This document shows positions 44,655 through 60,479 of a stretch of 64,000 bases of DNA, piece after piece. The stretch's first letter is position 1, and each line of letters opens with the position of its first letter. The DNA is from the human T2T-CHM13v2.0 reference genome, Homo sapiens. The translations under genes were made by a program, and so were the position numbers. The stretch lies in assembly GCF_009914755.1 (NCBI RefSeq), contig NC_060937.1. The stretch is one strand, 5' to 3'. A model generated the notes under the pieces. That model saw only the letters and a list, made by a program, of their open reading frames with translations. It was not told where the DNA came from and searched no databases.

Positions 44655-47649
44655 CCCAATTACATATTATATACTGTACATGAAACATCAAAGTTCACAA
44701 ACTATATATTATATACTGTACATAAAATATCAAAGTACCGAAGGTATATATTCTATACTGTACAAAAAATATCAAAGTACCCAAAGCATGTATTATATAC
44801 TGTACATAAAATATGAAAGTACATCAAATATATATTTTATTCTGTACATAAAATATCAAAGTACACCAAATATATATTCTATAGTGTACATAAAATATCA
44901 AAGTACCCAAACTATACATTATATACTGTACATAAAACATGAAATTACATCCAATATATATTATATTAGGTACATAAAATATGAAAGTACATCAAATATA
45001 AATTATATACTGTACATAAAATACCAAAGTACCCCAAATATATATTATACACTGTACATGAAATATCAAAGTTCACAAACTATATATTATATACTGTACA
45101 TAAAATATCAAAGTACTAAAGGTATATATTCTATACTGTACAAAAGATATCAAAGTACCCAAAGCATGTATCATATACTGTACATAAAATATGAAAGTAC
45201 ATCAAATATATATTTTATTCTGTACATAAAACATCAAAGTACACCAAATATATATTCTATAGTGTACATTAAATATCAAAGTACCCAAGCTATACATTAT
45301 ATACTGTACATAAAATATGAAATTACATCAAATATATATTATATTAGGTACATAAAATATGAAAGTACATCAAATATATATTATATACTGTACATAAAAT
45401 ACCAAAGTACCCCAAATTCATATTATATACTGTACATGAAATATCAAAGTTCACAAACTATATATTATATACTGTACATAAAATATCAAAGTACCCAAGG
45501 TATATATTCTATACTGTACAAAAGATATCAAAGTACCCAAAGCATGTATCATATACTGTACATAAAATATGAAAGTACATCAAATATATATTTTATTCTG
45601 TACATAAAATATCAAAGTACACCAAATATATATTCTATAGTGTACATAAAATATCAAAGTACCCAAACTATACATTTTATACTGTACATAAAATATGAAA
45701 TTATATCAAATATATATTACATTAGGTACATAAAATATGAAAGTACATCAAATATAGATTATATACTGTACATAAAATATCAAATTACCCCAAATATATA
45801 TTATATACTGTACATGAAATATCAAAGTTCACAAACTATATATTATATACTGTACATAAAATATCAAAGTACCCAAGGTATATATTCTGTACTGTACAAA
45901 AAATATCAAAGTACCCAAAGCATGTATTATATACTGTACATAAAATATGAAAGTACATCAAATAAATGTTTTATTCTGTACATAAAATATCAAAGTACAC
46001 CAAATATATATTCTACAGTGTACATAAAATATCAAAGTACCCAAACTATACATTATAAACTGTACATAAAATATGAAATTACATCAATATATACTATATT
46101 ATGTACATAAAATATGAAAGTACATCAAATATAGATTATATACTGTACATAAAATACCAAAGTACACCAAATATATATTTTATACTGTACATGCAATATC
46201 ACAGTTCACAAACTATATATTATATACTGTACATAAAATATCAAAGTACCCAAGGTATATATTCTATACTGTGCAAAAAATATCAAAGTACCCAAAGCAT
46301 GTATTATATACTGTACATAAAATATGAAAGTACATCAAATATATATTTTATTCTGTACATAAAATATCAAAGTACACTAAATATATATTCTATAGTGTAC
46401 ATAAAATATCAAAGTACCCAAACTATACATTATATACTGTACATAAAATATGAAATTACATCAAATATATATTATATTAGGTACATAAAATATGAAAGTA
46501 CATCAAATATAGATTATATACTGTACATAAAATACCAAAGTACCCCAAATACATATTATATACTGTACATGAAATTTCAAAGTTCACAAACTATATATTA
46601 TATACTGTACATAAAATATCAAAGTACCCAAGGTATATATTCTATACTGTACAAAAAATATCAAAGTACCCCAAGCAAGTATTATATACTGTACATAAAA
46701 TATGCAAGTACATCAAATATATATTTTATTCTGTACATAAAGTATCAAAGTACACCAAATATATATTCTATAGTGTACATAAAATATCAAAGTACCCAAA
46801 CTATACATTATATACTGTAGATAAAATATGAAATTACATCAAATATATATTATATTAGGTACTTAAAATATGAAAGTACATCAAATATAAATTATATACT
46901 GTACATAAAATACCAAAGTACCCCAAGTATATATTATATACTGTACATGCAATATCAAAGTTCACAAACTATATATCATATACTGTACATAAAATATCAA
47001 AGTACCGAAGGTATATATTCTATAGTGTACAAAAAATATGAAAGTACGCAAAGCATGTATTATATACTGTACATAAAATATGAAAGTACATCAAATAAAT
47101 ATTTTATTCTGTACATAAAATATCAAAGTACACCAAATATATATTCTACAGTGTACATAAAATATCAAAGTACCCAAACTATACATTATATACAGTACAT
47201 AAAATATGAAATTACATCAAATATATATTATAATAGGTACATAAAATATGAAAGTACATCAAATATAAATTATATACTGTACATAAAATACCAAAGAACC
47301 CCAAATATATATTATATACTGTACATGAAATATCAAAGTTCACAAACTATATATTATATACTGTATATAAAATATCAAAGTACCCAAGGTATATATTCTA
47401 TACTGTACAAAAAATATCAAAGTACCCAAAGCATGTATTATATACTGTTCATAAAATATGAAAGTACATCAAATATATATTTTATTCTGTACATAAAATA
47501 TCAAAGTACACCAAATATATATTCTATAGTGTACATTAAATATCAAAGTACCCAAACTATACATTATATACTGTACATAAAATATGAAATTACATCAAAT
47601 ATATATTATATTAGGTACATAAAATATGAAAGTACATCAAATATAGATT

Positions 47650-50600
47650 ATATACTGTACATAAAATACCAAAGTACCCCAAGTACATATTATATACTGT
47701 ACATGAAATATCAAAGTTCACAAACTATATATTATATACTGTACATAAAATATCAAAGTACCCAAGGTATATATTCTATACTGTACAAAAAATATCAAAG
47801 TACCCAAAGCAAGTATTATATACTGTACATAAAATATGAAAGTACATCAAATATATATTTTATTCTGTACATAAAGTATCAAAGTACACCAAATATATAT
47901 TTTATAGTGTACCTAAAATATCAAAGTACCCAAACTATACATTATATACTGTACATAAAATATGAAATTACATCAAATATATATTATATTAGGTACTTAA
48001 AATATGAAAGTACATCAAATATAAATTATATACTGTACATGAAATACCAAAGTACCCCAAATATATATTATATACTGTACATGCAATATCAAAGTTCACA
48101 AACTATATATCATATACTGTACATAAAATATCAAAGTACCGAAGGTATATATTCTATAGTGTACAAAAAATATGAAAGTACGCAAAGCATGTATTATATA
48201 CTGTACATAAAATATGAAAGTACATCAAATATATATTTTATTCTGTACATAAAACATCAAAGTACACCAAATATATATTCTATAGTGTACATTAAATATC
48301 AAAGTACCCAAGCTATACATTATATACTGTACATAAAATATGAAATTACATCAAATATATATTATATTAGGTACATAAAATATGAAAGTACATCAAATAT
48401 ATATTATATACTGTACATAAAATACCAAAGTACCCCAAATTCATATTATATACTGTACATGAAATATCAAAGTTCACAAACTATATATTATATACTGTAC
48501 ATAAAATATCAAAGTACCCAAGGTATATATTCTATACTGTACAAAAAATATCAAAGTACCCAAAGCATGTATTATATACTGTACATAAAATATGAAAGTA
48601 CATCAAATATATATTTTATTCTGTACATAAAATATCAAAGTACACCAAATATATATTCTATAGTGTACATAAAATATCAAAGTACCCAAACTATACATTA
48701 TATACTGTACATGAAATATGAAATTACATCAAATATATATTATATTAGGTACATAAAATATGAAAGTACATCAAATATAAATTATATACTGTACATAAAA
48801 TACCAAAGTACCCCAAATATATATTACATACTGTACATGAAATAGCAAAGTTCACAAACTATATATTTTATACTGTACATAAAATATCAAAATACCAAAG
48901 GTATATATTCTATACTGTACAAAAAATATAAAAGTACCCAAAACATGTATCATATACTGTACATAAAATATGAAAGTACATCAAATATATATTTTATTCT
49001 GTACATAAAATATCAAAGTACACCAAATATATATTCTATAGTGTACATAAAATATCAAAGTACCCAAACTATACATTTTATACTGTACATAAAATATGAA
49101 ATTATATCAAATATATATTACATTAGGTACATAAAATATGAAAGTACATCAAATATAGATTATATACTGTACATAAAATATCAAAGTACCCCAAATATAT
49201 ATTATATACTGTACATGAAATATCAAAGTTCACAAACTATATATTATATACTGTACATAAAATATCAAAGTACCCAAGGTATATATTCTGTACTGTACAA
49301 AAAATATCAAAGTACCCAAAGCATGTATTATATACTGTACATAAAATATGAAAGTACATCAAATAAATGTTTTATTCTGTACATAAAATATCAAAGTACA
49401 CCAAATATATATTCTACAGTGTACATAAAATATCAAAGTACCCAAACTATACATTATAAACTGTACATAAAATATGAAATTACATCAATATATACTATAT
49501 TATGTACATAAAATATGAAAGTACATCAAATATAGATTATATACTGTACATAAAATACCAAAGTACACCAAATATATATTTTATACTGTACATGCAATAT
49601 CAAAGTTCACAAACTATATATTATATACTGTACATAAAATATCAAAGTACCGAAGCTATATATTCTATACTGTACAAAAAATATCAAAGTACCCAAAGCA
49701 TGTATTATATACTGTACATAAAATATGAAAGTTCATCAAATATATATTTTATTCTGTACATAAACTATCAAAGTACACCAAATATATATTCTATAGTGTA
49801 CATAAAATATCAAAGTACCCAAACTATACATTATATACTGTACATAAAATATGAAATTACATCAAATATATATTATATTAGGTACATAAAATATCAAAGT
49901 ACATCAAATATAGATTATATACTGTACATAAAATACCAAAGTACCCCAAATTCATATTATATACTGTACATTAAATATCAAAGTTCACAAACTATATATT
50001 ATATACTGTACATAAAATACCAAAGTACCCAAGGTATATATTCTATACTGTGCAAAAAATATCAAAGTACCCAAAGCAAGTATTATATACTGTACATAAA
50101 ATATGAAAGTATATCAAATATATATTTTATTCTGTACATAAAATATCAAAGTACACCAAATATATATTCTATAGTGTACATAAAATATCAAAATACCCAA
50201 ACTATACATTATATACTGTACATAAAATATGAAATTACATCAAATATATATTATATTAGGTACATAAAATATGAAAGTACATCAAATATAAATTATATAC
50301 TGTACATAAAATACCAAAGTACCCCAAATATATATTATATACTGTACATGCAATATCAAAGTTCACAAACTATATATCATATACTGTACATAAAATATCA
50401 AAGTACCGAAGGTATATATTCTATACTGTACAAAAAATATCAAAGTACCCAAAGCATGTATTATATACTGTACATAAAATATGAAAGTACATCAAATATA
50501 TATTTTATTCTGTACATAAAATATCAAAGTACACCAAATATATATTCTATAGTGTACATAAAATATCAAAGTACCCAAACTATACCTTATATACTGTACA

Positions 50601-53600
50601 TAAAATATGAAATTACATCAAATATATATTACCTTAGGTACATAAAATATGAAAGTACATCAAATATAGATTATATACTGTACATAAAATATCAAAGTAT
50701 CCCAAATATATATTATATACTGTACATGAAATATCAAAGTTCACAAACTATATGTTATATACTGTACATGAAATATGAAAGTACCCAATGTATATATTCT
50801 ATATTGTACAAAAAATATCAAAGTACCCAAAGCATGTATTATATACTGTACATAAAATATGAAAGTACATCAAATATATATTTTATTCTGTACATAAAAT
50901 ATCAAAGTACACTAAATATATATTCTATAGTGTACATAAAATATCAAATTACGCAAACTATACATTATATACTGTACATAAAATATGAAATTACATCAAA
51001 TATATATTATATTAGGTACATAAAATATGAAAGTACATCAAATATAGATTATATACTGTACATAAAATACCAAAGTACCGCAAATATATATTATATACTG
51101 TACATGAAATATCAAAGTTCACAAACTATATATTATATACTGTACATAAAATATCAAAGTACCCAAGGTATATATTCTATACTCTACAAAAAATATCAAA
51201 GTACCCAAAGCGTGTATTATATACGGTACATAAAATATGAATGTACATCAAATATATATTTTATTCTGTACATAAAATATCAAAGTACACTAAATATATA
51301 TTCTATAGTGTACATAAAATATCAAAGTACCCAAACTATACATTATATACTGTACATAAAATGTGAAATTACATCAAATATATATTATATTAGGTACATA
51401 AAATATGAAAGTACATCAAATATAGATTATATACTGTACATAAAATACCAAAGTACCCCAAATACATATTATATACTGTACATGAAATATCAAAGTTCAC
51501 AAACTATATATTATATACTGTACATAAAATATCAAAGTACCCAAGGTATATATTCTATACTGTGCAAAAAATATCAAAGTACCCAAAGCATGTATTATAT
51601 ACTGTACATAAAATATGAAAGTACATCAAATATATATTTTATTCTGTACATAAAATATCAAAGTACACTAAATATATATTCTATAGTGTACATAAAATAT
51701 CAAAGTACCCAAACTATACATTATATACTGTACATAAAATGTGAAATTACATCAAATATATATTATATTAGGTACATAAAATATGAAAGTACATCAAATA
51801 TAGATTATATACTGTACATAAAATACCAAAGTACCCCAAATACATATTATATACTGTACATGAAATATCAAAGTTCACAAACTATATATTATATACTGTA
51901 CATAAAATATCAAAGTACCCAAGGTATATATTCTATACTGTACAAAAAATATCAAAGTACCCCAAGCAAGTATTATATACTGTACATAAAATATGAAAGT
52001 ACATCAAATATATATTTTATTCTGTACATAAAGTATCAAAGTACACCAAATATATATTCTATAGTGTACATAAAATATCAAAGTACCCAAACTATACATT
52101 ATATACTGTACATAAAATATGAAATTACATCAAATATATATTATATTAGGTACTTAAAATATGAAAGTACATCAAATATAAATTATATACTGTACATAAA
52201 ATACCAAAGTACCCCAAATATATATTATATACTGTACATGCAATATCAAAGTTCACAAACTATTTATCATATACTGTACATAAAATATCAAAGTACCGAA
52301 GGTATATATTCTATAGTGTACAAAAAATATGAAAGTACGCAAAGTATGTATTATACACTGTACATAAAATATGAAAGTACATCAAATATATATTTTATTC
52401 TGTACATAAAATATCAAAGTACACCAAATATATATTCTATAGTGTACATAAAATATCAAAGTACCCAAACTATACATTATATACAGTACATAAAATATGA
52501 AATTACATCAAATATATATTATAATAGGTACATAAAATATGAAAGTACATCAAATATAAATTATATACTGTACATAAAATACCACAGAACCCCAAATATA
52601 TATTATATACTGTACATGAAATATCAAAGTTCACAAACTATATATTATATACTGTATATAAAATATCAAAGTACCCAAGGTATATATTCTATACTGTACA
52701 AAAAATATCAAAGTACCCAAAGCATGTATTATATACTGTTCATAAAATATGAAAGTACATCAAATATATATTTTATTCTGTACATAAAATATCAAAGTAC
52801 AGCAAATATATATTCTATAGTGTACATTAAATATCAAAGTACCCAAACTATACATTATATACTGTACATAAAATATGAAATTACATCAAATATATATTAT
52901 ATTAGGTACATAAAATATGAAAGTACATCAAATATAGATTATATACTGTACATAAAATACCAAAGTACCCCAAGTACATATTATATACTGTACATGAAAT
53001 ATCAAAGTTCACAAACTATATATTATATACTGTACATAAAATATCAAAGTACCCAAGGTATATATTCTATACTGTACAAAAAATATCAAAGTACCCAAAG
53101 CAAGTATTATATACTGTACATAAAATATTAAAGTACATCAAATATATATTTTATTCTGTACATAAAGTATCAAAGTACACCAAATATATATTCTATAGTG
53201 TACATAAAATATCAAAGTACCCAAACTATACATTATATACTGTACATAAAATATGAAATTACATCAAATATATATTACCTTAGGTACATAAAATATGAAA
53301 GTACATCAAATATAGATTATATACTGTACATAAAATATCAAAGTATCCCAAATATATATTATATACTGTACATGAAATATCAAAGTTCACAAACTATATG
53401 TTATATACTGTACATGAAATATGAAAGTACCCAATGTATATATTCTATATTGTACAAAAAATATCAAAGTACCCAAAGCATGTATTATATACTGTACATA
53501 AAATATGAAAGTACATCAAATATATATTTTATTCTGTACATAAAATATCAAAGTACACTAAATATATATTCTATAGTGTACATAAAATATCAAATTACGC

Positions 53601-56600
53601 AAACTATACATTATATACTGTACATAAAATATGAAATTACATCAAATATATATTATATTAGGTACATAAAATATGAAAGTACATCAAATATAGATTATAT
53701 ACTGTACATAAAATACCAAAGTACCGCAAATATATATTATATACTGTACATGAAATATCAAAGTTCACAAACTATATATTATATACTGTACATAAAATAT
53801 CAAAGTACCCAAGGTATATATTCTATACTCTACAAAAAATATCAAAGTACCCAAAGCGTGTATTATATACGGTACATAAAATATGAATGTACATCAAATA
53901 TATATTTTATTCTGTACATAAAATATCAAAGTACACTAAATATATATTCTATAGTGTACATAAAATATCAAAGTACCCAAACTATACATTATATACTGTA
54001 CATAAAATGTGAAATTACATCAAATATATATTATATTAGGTACATAAAATATGAAAGTACATCAAATATAGATTATATACTGTAAATAAAATACCAAAGT
54101 ACCCCAAATACATATTATATACTGTACATGAAATATCAAAGTTCACAAACTATATATTATATACTGTACATAAAATATCAAAGTACCCAAGGTATATATT
54201 CTATACTGTGCAAAAAATATCAAAGTACCCAAAGCATGTATTATATACTGTACATAAAATATGAAAGTACATCAAATATATATTTTATTCTGTACATAAA
54301 ATATCAAAGTACACTAAATATATATTCTATAGTGTACATAAAATATCAAAGTACCCAAACTATACATTATATACTGTACATAAAATATGAAATTACATCA
54401 AATATATATTATATTAGGTACATAAAATATGAAAGTACATCAAATATAGGTTATATACTGTACATAAAATACCAAAGTACCCCAAGTACATATTATATAC
54501 TGTACATGAAATATCAAAGTTCACAAACTATATATTATATACTGTACATAAAATATCAAAGTACCCAAGGTATATATTCTATACTGTACAAAAAATATCA
54601 AAGTACCCAAAGCAAGTATTATATACTGTACATAAAATATGAAAGTACATCAAATATATATTTTATTCTGTACATAAAGTATCAAAGTACACCAAATATA
54701 TATTTTATAGTGTACATAAAATATCAAAGTACCCAAACTATACATTATATACTGTACATAAAATATGAAATTACATCAAATATATATTATATTAGGTACT
54801 TAAAATATGAAAGTACATCAAATATAAATTATATACTGTACATGAAATACCAAAGTACCCCAAATATATATTATATACTGTACATGCAATATCAAAGTTC
54901 ACAAACTATATATCATATACTGTACATAAAATATCAAAGTACCGAAGGTATATATTCTATAGTGTACAAAAAATATGAAAGTACGCAAAGCATGTATTAT
55001 ATACTGTACATAAAATATGAAAGTACATCAAATATATATTTTATTCTGTACATAAAACATCAAAGTACACCAAATATATATTCTATAGTGTACATTAAAT
55101 ATCAAAGTACCCAAGCTATACATTATATACTGTACATAAAATATGAAATTACATCAAATATATATTATATTAGGTACATAAAATATGAAAGTACATCAAA
55201 TATATATTATATACTGTACATAAAATACCAAAGTACCCCAAATTCATATTATATACTGTACATGAAATATCAAAGTTCACAAACTATATATTATATACTG
55301 TACATAAAATATCAAAGTACCCAAGGTATATATTCTATACTGTACAAAAAATATCAAAGTACCCAAAGCATGTATTATATACTGTACATAAAATATGAAA
55401 GTACATCAAATATATATTTTATTCTGTACATAAAATATCAAAGTACACCAAATATATATTCTATAGTGTACATAAAATATCAAAGTACCCAAACTATACA
55501 TTATATACTGTACATGAAATATGAAATTACATCAAATATATATTATATTAGGTACATAAAATATGAAAGTACATCAAATATAAATTATATACTGTACATA
55601 AAATACCAAAGTACCCCAAATATATATTACATACTGTACATGAAATAGCAAAGTTCACAAACTATATATTTTATACTGTACATAAAATATCAAAATACCA
55701 AAGGTATATATTCTATACTGTACAAAAAATATAAAAGTACCCAAAACATGTATCATATACTGTACATAAAATATGAAAGTACATCAAATATATATTTTAT
55801 TCTGTACATAAAATATCAAAGTACACCAAATATATATTCTATAGTGTACATAAAATATCAAAGTACCCAAACTATACATTTTATACTGTACATAAAATAT
55901 GAAATTATATCAAATATATATTACATTAGGTACATAAAATATGAAAGTACATCAAATATAGATTATATACTGTACATAAAATATCAAAGTACCCCAAATA
56001 TATATTATATACTGTACATGAAATATCAAAGTTCACAAACTATATATTATATACTGTACATAAAATATCAAAGTACCCAAGGTATATATTCTGTACTGTA
56101 CAAAAAGTATCAAAGTACCCAAAGCATGTATTATATACTGTACATAAAATATGAAAGTACATCAAATAAATGTTTTATTCTGTACATAAAATATCAAAGT
56201 ACACCAAATATATATTCTACAGTGTACATAAAATATCAAAGTACCCAAACTATACATTATAAACTGTACATAAAATATGAAATTACATCAATATATACTA
56301 TATTATGTACATAAAATATGAAAGTACATCAAATATAGATTATATACTGTACATAAAATACCAAAGTACACCAAATATATATTTTATACTGTACATGCAA
56401 TATCAAAGTTCACAAACTATATATTATATACTGTACATAAAATATCAAAGTACCGAAGCTATATATTCTATACTGTACAAAAAATATCAAAGTACCCAAA
56501 GCATGTATTATATACTGTACATAAAATATGAAAGTTCATCAAATATATATTTTATTCTGTACATAAACTATCAAAGTACACCAAATATATATTCTATAGT

Positions 56601-59600
56601 GTACATAAAATATCAAAGTACCCAAACTATACATTATATACTGTACATAAAATATGAAATTACATCAAATATATATTATATTAGGTACATAAAATATCAA
56701 AGTACATCAAATATAGATTATATACTGTACATAAAATACCAAAGTACCCCAAATTCATATTATATACTGTACATTAAATATCAAAGTTCACAAACTATAT
56801 ATTATATACTGTACATAAAATACCAAAGTACCCAAGGTATATATTCTATACTGTGCAAAAAATATCAAAGTACCCAAAGCAAGTATTATATACTGTACAT
56901 AAAATATGAAAGTATATCAAATATATATTTTATTCTGTACATAAAATATCAAAGTACACCAAATATATATTCTATAGTGTACATAAAATATCAAAATACC
57001 CAAACTATACATTATATACTGTACATAAAATATGAAATTACATCAAATATATATTATATTAGGTACATAAAATATGAAAGTACATCAAATATAAATTATA
57101 TACTGTACATAAAATACCAAAGTACCCCAAATATATATTATATACTGTACATGCAATATCAAAGTTCACAAACTATATATCATATACTGTACATAAAATA
57201 TCAAAGTACCGAAGGTATATATTCTATACTGTACAAAAAATATCAAAGTACCCAAAGCATGTATTATATACTGTACATAAAATATGAAAGTACATCAAAT
57301 ATATATTTTATTCTGTACATAAAATATCAAAGTACACCAAATATATATTCTATAGTGTACATAAAATATCAAAGTACCCAAACTATACCTTATATACTGT
57401 ACATAAAATATGAAATTACATCAAATATATATTACCTTAGGTACATAAAATATGAAAGTACATCAAATATAGATTATATACTGTACATAAAATATCAAAG
57501 TATCCCAAATATATATTATATACTGTACATGAAATATCAAAGTTCACAAACTATATGTTATATACTGTACATGAAATATGAAAGTACCCAATGTATATAT
57601 TCTATATTGTACAAAAAATATCAAAGTACCCAAAGCATGTATTATATACTGTACATAAAATATGAAAGTACATCAAATATATATTTTATTCTGTACATAA
57701 AATATCAAAGTACACTAAATATATATTCTATAGTGTACATAAAATATCAAATTACGCAAACTATACATTATATACTGTACATAAAATATGAAATTACATC
57801 AAATATATATTATATTAGGTACATAAAATATGAAAGTACATCAAATATAGATTATATACTGTACATAAAATACCAAAGTACCACAAATATATATTATATA
57901 CTGTACATGAAATATCAAAGTTCACAAACTATATATTATATACTGTACATAAAATATCAAAGTACCCAAGGTATATATTCTATACTCTACAAAAAATATC
58001 AAAGTACCCAAAGCGTGTATTATATACGGTACATAAAATATGAATGTACATCAAATATATATTTTATTCTGTACATAAAATATCAAAGTACACTAAATAT
58101 ATATTCTATAGTGTACATAAAATATCAAAGTACCCAAACTATACATTATATACTGTACATAAAATGTGAAATTACATCAAATATATATTATATTAGGTAC
58201 ATAAAATATGAAAGTACATCAAATATAGATTATATACTGTACATAAAATACCAAAGTACCCCAAATACATATTATATACTGTACATGAAATATCAAAGTT
58301 CACAAACTATATATTATATACTGTACATAAAATATCAAAGTACCCAAGGTATATATTCTATACTGTGCAAAAAATATCAAAGTACCCAAAGCATGTATTA
58401 TATACTGTACATAAAATATGAAAGTACATCAAATATATATTTTATTCTGTACATAAAATATCAAAGTACACTAAATATATATTCTATAGTGTACATAAAA
58501 TATCAAAGTACCCAAACTATACATTATATACTGTACATAAAATGTGAAATTACATCAAATATATATTATATTAGGTACATAAAATATGAAAGTACATCAA
58601 ATATAGATTATATACTGTACATAAAATACCAAAATACCCCAAATACATATTATATACTGTACATGAAATATCAAAGTTCACAAACTATATATTATATACT
58701 GTACATAAAATATCAAAGTACCCAAGGTATATATTCTATACTGTACAAAAAATATCAAAGTACCCCAAGCAAGTATTATATACTGTACATAAAATATGAA
58801 AGTACATCAAATATATATTTTATTCTGTACATAAAGTATCAAAGTACACCAAATATATATTCTATAGTGTACATAAAATATCAAAGTACCCAAACTATAC
58901 ATTATATACTGTACATAAAATATGAAATTACATCAAATATATATTATATTAGGTACTTAAAATATGAAAGTACATCAAATATAAATTATATACTGTACAT
59001 AAAATACCAAAGTACCCCAAATATATATTATATACTGTACATGCAATATCAAAGTTCACAAACTATTTATCATATACTGTACATAAAATATCAAAGTACC
59101 GAAGGTATATATTCTATAGTGTACAAAAAATATGAAAGTACGCAAAGTATGTATTATACACTGTACATAAAATATGAAAGTACATCAAATATATATTTTA
59201 TTCTGTACATAAAATATCAAAGTACACCAAATATATATTCTATAGTGTACATAAAATATCAAAGTACCCAAACTATACATTATATACAGTACATAAAATA
59301 TGAAATTACATCAAATATATATTATAATAGGTACATAAAATATGAAAGTACATCAAATATAAATTATATACTGTACATAAAATACCACAGAACCCCAAAT
59401 ATATATTATATACTGTACATGAAATATCAAAGTTCACAAACTATATATTATATACTGTATATAAAATATCAAAGTACCCAAGGTATATATTCTATACTGT
59501 ACAAAAAATATCAAAGTACCCAAAGCATGTATTATATACTGTTCATAAAATATGAAAGTACATCAAATATATATTTTATTCTGTACATAAAATATCAAAG

Positions 59601-59630
59601 TACAGCAAATATATATTCTATAGTGTACAT
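47650..59630 (+). repeat. ~5.2-kb block duplicated at offset 6803 bp (18 HORs minus 1 bp)
   Basis: ORFs 48945/55748 and 49502/56305 are nearly identical; markers cccaagtacat 47678/54481, aaatagcaaag ~48840/55643 and gtacagcaaat ~52797/59600. Confidence 0.9.
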
Positions 59631-60479
59631 AAAATATCAAAGTACCCAAACTATACATTATATACTGCACATAAAATATGAAATTACATCAAATATATAT
59701 TATATTAGGTACATAAAATATGAAAGTACATCAACTATAATTTATATACTGTACATAAAATACCAAAGTACCCCAAATATATATTATATACTGTACATAA
59801 AATATCAAAGTACCGAAGCTATATATTCTATACTGTACAAAAAATATCAAAGTACCCAAAGCATGTATTATATACTGTACATAAAATATGAAAGTACATC
59901 AAATATATATTTAATTCTGTACATAAAATATCAAAGTACACCAAATATATATTCTATAGTGTACATAAAATAAGAAAGTACCCAAACTATACATTATATA
60001 CTGTACATAAAATATGAAATTATATCAAATATATATTACATTAGGTAAATAAAATATGAAAGTACATCAAATATAGATTATATACTGTACATAAAATACC
60101 AAAGTACCCCAAATACATATTATATACTGTACATGCAATATCAAAGTTCACAAACTATATATTATATACTGTACATAAAATATCAAAGTACCGAAGCTAT
60201 ATATTCTATACTGTACAAAAAATATCAAAGTACCCAAAGCATGTATTATATACTGTACATAAAATATGAAAGTACATCAAATATATATTTAATTCTGTAC
60301 ATAAAATATCAAAGTACACCAAATATATATTCTATAGTGTACATAAAATAAGAAAGTACCCAAACTATACATTATATACTGTACATAAAATATGAAATTA
60401 TATCAAATATATATTACATTAGGTAAATAAAATATGAAAGTACATCAAATATAGATTATATACTGTACATAAAATACCA

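Noticed and set aside
1230-44659. Many short ORFs on both strands (e.g. repeated 65-aa MMYFHLLCTV...)
   Set aside because: Satellite translation; useful only as markers of HOR periodicity.
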